The notes under the pieces were generated by a model that was given only the letters and a program-made list of their open reading frames with translations, was not told the origin of the DNA and did no database searches. 41,372 bases of DNA. It comes from Actinomycetales bacterium (GTDB taxonomy: Bacteria > Actinomycetota > Actinomycetes > Actinomycetales > BWSM-131). Below, piece after piece: positions 37,527-41,372 of this stretch; positions within the stretch are counted from its first letter, which is position 1; each line of letters opens with the position of its first letter. Position numbers and translations under genes: made by a program. The DNA lies in contig JASBSH010000005.1 in the NCBI GenBank assembly GCA_030149025.1, positions 1-41,372 on the forward strand, in the 5' to 3' direction.

Positions 37527-38696
37527 ATGACCGATCAGCCAACCGGTCCCGACACCAGCGATGCTGGAAAGTTCCCCACGCAGGGCTCCGTGAACGCTCC
37601 ACGCGAGACGCAGCACAAGATCGTGGTGCCCGGCGACGTCCCGATGGTCTCCCTGCTCGGCACCGGCGATGAGCTGCTGCGTGTGGTCGAGAGGGCGTTC
37701 CCCCGTGTCGACATCCACGTGCGAGGCAACGAGGTCACCGTTACCGGCCGGGTCGGCGACGTAGCCCTCGTCGAACGGCTCGTGGACGAGATGCTCGCCG
37801 TGCTGGCAGGCGGTCAGGCGCTGAGCCCGGACGCCGTCGAGCGGTCCATCGGCATGCTGCGGCACACCGAGGGGGAACGTCCGGCGGACGTGCTGACGCT
37901 GTCGGTGCTGAGCAACCGTGGCCGGACCATCCGGCCGAAGACTCTGAACCAGAAGCGCTACGTCGACGCGATCGACAAGCACACCGTCGTGTTCGGCATC
38001 GGCCCGGCCGGTACCGGCAAGACGTACCTGGCGATGGCCAAGGCCGTGCAGGCGCTGCAGAGCAAGGTCGTGAACCGGATCATCCTCACGCGCCCCGCTG
38101 TCGAGGCGGGGGAGCGGCTCGGGTTCCTCCCCGGCACCCTCACCGAGAAGATCGACCCCTACCTGCGGCCGCTGTACGATGCGCTGCACGACATGATCGA
38201 CCCGGACTCGATCCCGCGACTCATGGCCGCCGGGACGATCGAGGTCGCACCGCTGGCGTACATGCGGGGTAGAACCCTCAATGACGCCTTCATCATCCTC
38301 GACGAGGCGCAGAACACCTCGCCCGAGCAGATGAAGATGTTCCTCACCCGGCTCGGGTTCGGGTCGAAGATGGTCGTGACCGGCGACGTCACCCAGGTGG
38401 ACCTGCCGAGCGGCAACCAGTCGGGCCTGCGGGTGGTCACGCAGATCCTCGAGGGGATCGAGGACGTCAACTTCACCTACCTCGGCAGCGCGGACGTCGT
38501 CCGGCACCGCCTCGTCAGCGAGATCGTCGACGCCTACGGCCGGTGGGACGCCGAGCGCCGGTCCGCCGACGGGGGAGAAGGACGTGCCCGTGAAGGACGT
38601 GGCCCTGAAGGACGTGGCCCTGAAAGACGCCGCCCGGACGCCGGCCCTCGCGACCGTGACCGGGCCCGCCGCGCCGGCGGTCGGGACGCGCGATGA
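37527..38696 (+). CDS. phoH: PhoH-like ATPase
   Basis: Walker [51 protein letters not shown]. Arg/Gly/Pro-rich repeat tail. Stop overlaps the ybeY start (ATGA). Confidence 0.93.
   Translation: MTDQPTGPDTSDAGKFPTQGSVNAPRETQHKIVVPGDVPMVSLLGTGDELLRVVERAFPRVDIHVRGNEVTVTGRVGDVALVERLVDEMLAVLAGGQALSPDAVERSIGMLRHTEGERPADVLTLSVLSNRGRTIRPKTLNQKRYVDAIDKHTVVFGIGPAGTGKTYLAMAKAVQALQSKVVNRIILTRPAVEAGERLGFLPGTLTEKIDPYLRPLYDALHDMIDPDSIPRLMAAGTIEVAPLAYMRGRTLNDAFIILDEAQNTSPEQMKMFLTRLGFGSKMVVTGDVTQVDLPSGNQSGLRVVTQILEGIEDVNFTYLGSADVVRHRLVSEIVDAYGRWDAERRSADGGEGRAREGRGPEGRGPERRRPDAGPRDRDRARRAGGRDAR
38577..38636 (+). repeat. 15-bp tandem repeat (4 units, 2 identical) encoding an EGRGP-type pentapeptide repeat in the PhoH tail
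   Basis: Units are GAAGGACGTGCCCGT, GAAGGACGTGGCCCT, GAAGGACGTGGCCCT, GAAAGACGCCGCCCG. In the phoH frame they read [20 protein letters not shown]. Confidence 0.9.
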
Positions 38697-39154
38697 GCAT
38701 CGAGGTCGTCAACGAGTCGGGCGAAGGGGTCGACGAGAGGGAGGTCGCCGCACTCGCACGGCACGTCCTGGACGCCTTGCACGTCCACCCGCAGGCCGAG
38801 CTGTCGGTGCTGCTCGTCGACACCGAGGCGATGTCGAAGCTGCACGAGCAGTGGATGGACGAGCCCGGCCCCACGGACGTGCTGAGCTTTCCGATGGACG
38901 AGCTGCGTCCCGGCCGGGAGGGGGAGCCGAGCGGACCGGGTCTGCTGGGTGACGTCGTCCTCTGCCCGCAGGTCGCAGCGGAGCAGGCCGCGCGCGCCGG
39001 GCACGCGCCGGCCGAGGAGCTCCTGCTGCTCACGACGCACGGCATCCTGCACCTGCTCGGCTACGACCACGCGGAGCCGGACGAGGAGAAGGAGATGTTC
39101 GGCCTGCAGCGCCAGCTCCTGCTGACGTTCCTGTCGCTGGGGGGACGAAGGTGA
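38693..39154 (+). CDS. ybeY: rRNA maturation endoribonuclease YbeY
   Basis: Zn-binding motif [20 protein letters not shown]. The phoH-ybeY-CNNM-era order is widely conserved. Confidence 0.95.
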   Translation: MSIEVVNESGEGVDEREVAALARHVLDALHVHPQAELSVLLVDTEAMSKLHEQWMDEPGPTDVLSFPMDELRPGREGEPSGPGLLGDVVLCPQVAAEQAARAGHAPAEELLLLTTHGILHLLGYDHAEPDEEKEMFGLQRQLLLTFLSLGGRR

Positions 39155-39161
39155 CCGCCAG

Positions 39162-40526
39162 GTGACTGCTGGCCCGGTCGTGCCGATCGTCCTCATCGGC
39201 GTCGCCGCGCTCGTGCTCGCCGGCCTGATCGCCGCGGCCGAGGCAGCCCTCGGCCGGCTCACCAGGGGAGAGGTCGCCCAGCTCGTCGCCGACGGCAGGC
39301 GCGGCGCCGACGCGGTGCAATCCGTTCTCGAGGATCCGGCCCCGCTCGTCAACGTCTCGGTCTTCCTGCGGCTGCTGATGGAGTCCCTGGCCGCCGTGTC
39401 CGCCACGCTCGTCGTCGCCGGCCTGGTCAGCGGCTGGGCGCTCATCCTGGTCGTGACCGGTGCTGTGATGGGCGTGATCACCTTCTCGATCGTCGGGGTG
39501 AGCCCGCGCACCATCGGCCGGCAGCACGCCGAGACCGTGGCGTGCCTCATCGTCCCCCCGCTGCGCCGCCTGACGACGCTGCTCGGTCCGCTGGCGCAGC
39601 TGCTCGTCGCACTGGCGAACGCGGTCACCCCGGGGCGGGGGCTGCGCGACGGCCCGTTCACCTCCGAGGTGGAGCTCCGCGAGCTCGTCGACCTCGCGAG
39701 CGAGTCCCAGGTGATCGAGGCCGGCGAGCGCGAGATGGTGCACAACGTCTTCGAGCTCGGCGACACCCTCGTGCGCGAGGTGATGGTGCCCCGCACCGAC
39801 ATGGTGACCATCCAGCACGGCATCACGCTGCACAAGGCGATGAGCCTCTTTCTGCGCTCCGGCTTCTCCCGGATCCCCGTGGTCGGCAAGGACGTGGACG
39901 ACATCCTCGGCGTGCTGTACCTCAAGGACGTCGCCCGACGCTTCCACGACAGCTACGAGGTCGCCGTCCGGGTGCCCGTCGACGACGTCATGCGGCCACC
40001 GGTGTTCGTCCCCGAGAGCAAGCCCGTGGACGCCCTGCTCCGGGAGATGCAGCGCACCTTCGCGCACGTCGCGATCGTCGTGGACGAGTACGGCGGCACC
40101 GCGGGGCTGGTGACGATCGAGGACCTGATCGAGGAGATCGTCGGTGAGATCGCCGACGAGTACGACCGGGAGGCGCCGGGTATCGAGCCCCTCGAGGAGG
40201 GCACCTTCCGGGTCAGCACGCGTACCCCGATCGACGAGGTCGCGGAGCTGTTCGGGGTGGACCTCGACGACGACGAGGTCGACTCCGTCGGTGGCCTGCT
40301 GGCGAAGGCCCTCGGCAAGGTGCCGATCCCCGGTGCGACGGCGACCGTCGGCGGCCTGGAGCTCACCGCCGAGCGGCGGGAGGGTCGCCGCAACCGCATC
40401 GCCACGATCCTGGTGCGGCGCGCCCCTGCTGACGACCAGGACGAGGACGACGACACGCACGACGCCCTGTCGGGCGGCGGTGCCGTCGGGGCCCGCGACG
40501 GCCGCGACGAGGGAGGACGCCGGTGA
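39162..40526 (+). CDS. CNNM/hemolysin-family membrane protein (DUF21, CBS pair, CorC_HlyC)
   Basis: N-terminal four-helix DUF21 region. REVMVPRTDM followed by a CBS pair. AIVVDEYGGTAGLVTIEDLIEEIVGEI. C-terminal transporter-associated domain. Confidence 0.92.
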   Translation: MTAGPVVPIVLIGVAALVLAGLIAAAEAALGRLTRGEVAQLVADGRRGADAVQSVLEDPAPLVNVSVFLRLLMESLAAVSATLVVAGLVSGWALILVVTGAVMGVITFSIVGVSPRTIGRQHAETVACLIVPPLRRLTTLLGPLAQLLVALANAVTPGRGLRDGPFTSEVELRELVDLASESQVIEAGEREMVHNVFELGDTLVREVMVPRTDMVTIQHGITLHKAMSLFLRSGFSRIPVVGKDVDDILGVLYLKDVARRFHDSYEVAVRVPVDDVMRPPVFVPESKPVDALLREMQRTFAHVAIVVDEYGGTAGLVTIEDLIEEIVGEIADEYDREAPGIEPLEEGTFRVSTRTPIDEVAELFGVDLDDDEVDSVGGLLAKALGKVPIPGATATVGGLELTAERREGRRNRIATILVRRAPADDQDEDDDTHDALSGGGAVGARDGRDEGGRR

Positions 40527-40575
40527 GCGACGGGCGGCCGATAAACGACGCGACGCCGGTGAACGAGCTGAGCCG

Positions 40576-41372
40576 ATGAACGAGGTCGAGCACCGGTCGG
40601 GTTTCGCGTGTCTGGTCGGCCGGCCGAACGCGGGCAAGTCCACGCTGACGAACGCGCTGGTCGGCCAGAAGGTCGCGATCACCTCCAGCCGCCCGCAGAC
40701 GACCAGGCACACCATCCGGGGGATCGTGCACCGCCCCGACGCGCAGCTCGTCCTGGTCGACACCCCGGGTCTGCACCGGCCGAGAACGCTTCTCGGGCAA
40801 CGCCTGAACGACTTGGTCATGGAGACCCTGCACGAGGTCGACGTTGCCGGGTTCTGCATCCCCGCCGACCAGAAGGTCGGCCCCGGGGACCGGTTCATCG
40901 CCTCCAAGCTCGCCGAGCTCAACGCCGGGCGCCGCAAGACCCCCGTGGTCGCGATCGTGACCAAGGCCGACCTGGTCGACCGGGCGCGGCTGGCCGAGCA
41001 CCTCGTCGAGGTGAGCGAGCTCGGCGACTGGCGTGACGTCGTCCCGGTCTCCGCCACCGACGGTTTCCAGGTGGACGTCGTCGCCGACCTGCTGGTCGCG
41101 GCGCTGCCGGAGGGTCCGCCGCTGTACCCCGAGGGCGAGCTGACCGACGAGCCCGAGGCCGTGATGGTCGCCGATCTCGTCCGAGAGGCGGCCCTGGAGG
41201 GCGTGCGCGACGAGCTGCCGCACAGCGTCGCCGTCCTCGTCGAGGAGATGGTCCCGCGGCCGGACAGGGACGACGGGCTGCTCGACGTGTACGTCAACGT
41301 CTTCGTCGAGCGGGAGTCGCAGAAGGGCATCGTGATCGGCCGTGGCGGTTCGCGGCTGCGGGAGGTCGGCTC
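40576..41372 (+). CDS. era: GTPase Era (3' end beyond the window)
   Basis: Translated by hand because it has no stop in the window and is absent from the ORF track. MNEVEHRSGFACLVGRPNAGKSTLTNALVGQKVAITSSRPQTTRH, DTPG, TKAD, and the KH-domain start VERESQKGIVIGRGGSRLREVG. Confidence 0.93.
   Translation, partial: MNEVEHRSGFACLVGRPNAGKSTLTNALVGQKVAITSSRPQTTRHTIRGIVHRPDAQLVLVDTPGLHRPRTLLGQRLNDLVMETLHEVDVAGFCIPADQKVGPGDRFIASKLAELNAGRRKTPVVAIVTKADLVDRARLAEHLVEVSELGDWRDVVPVSATDGFQVDVVADLLVAALPEGPPLYPEGELTDEPEAVMVADLVREAALEGVRDELPHSVAVLVEEMVPRPDRDDGLLDVYVNVFVERESQKGIVIGRGGSRLREVG

Noticed and set aside
38584-38952. 122-aa + strand ORF beginning [15 protein letters not shown]
   Set aside because: It is the 15-bp repeat read in an alternative frame, continuing out of frame across the well-supported ybeY gene.

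Overview
GC-rich actinobacterial chromosome segment (third codon positions almost all G/C; gene order typical of Micrococcales-like actinobacteria). It is mostly a conserved housekeeping backbone on the + strand. In order: rplU-rpmA-obg-proB-(orphan ORF)-proA-(small membrane ORF)-nadD-LCP/LytR_C protein-rsfS-histidine phosphatase, then tRNA-Ala(GGC). A small variable patch follows: a truncated FMN-reductase remnant, ogt, a degenerate GGDEF protein and a UbiA prenyltransferase. Next come leuS-degV-comEA-comEC-holA, a DUF3048 lipoprotein, an AtoE-type transporter, rpsT, lepA, an EamA transporter, a FadD-type acyl-CoA ligase and hemW. These are followed by two tandem DUF4870 membrane paralogs, a DUF3097-like protein, CIRCE-hrcA-dnaJ, an ECF sigma / GerMN-Gmad2 anti-sigma pair, a HIT protein, and phoH-ybeY-CNNM-era (era runs off the window and is absent from the ORF track). 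I see no CRISPR array, transposase, integrase, recognisable defence module or toxin-antitoxin pair, and no convincing multi-gene novel system. The points worth a second look are mostly non-coding. (1) A family of TGATCATG-core repeats occurs at three intergenic loci, including a roughly 236-bp MITE-like composite with perfect 21-bp inverted termini downstream of dnaJ. (2) A possible leaderless Leu-rich mini-ORF plus a T-tailed hairpin lies immediately upstream of leuS. (3) tRNA-Ala abuts a truncated gene. (4) A GGDEF protein has HADEF in place of GG(D/E)EF. (5) The tandem DUF4870 paralogs carry an ATGA-coupled upstream mini-ORF. (6) Several recent-looking short tandem duplications are present. 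The many long antisense ORFs in the track are treated as GC-rich shadow frames.
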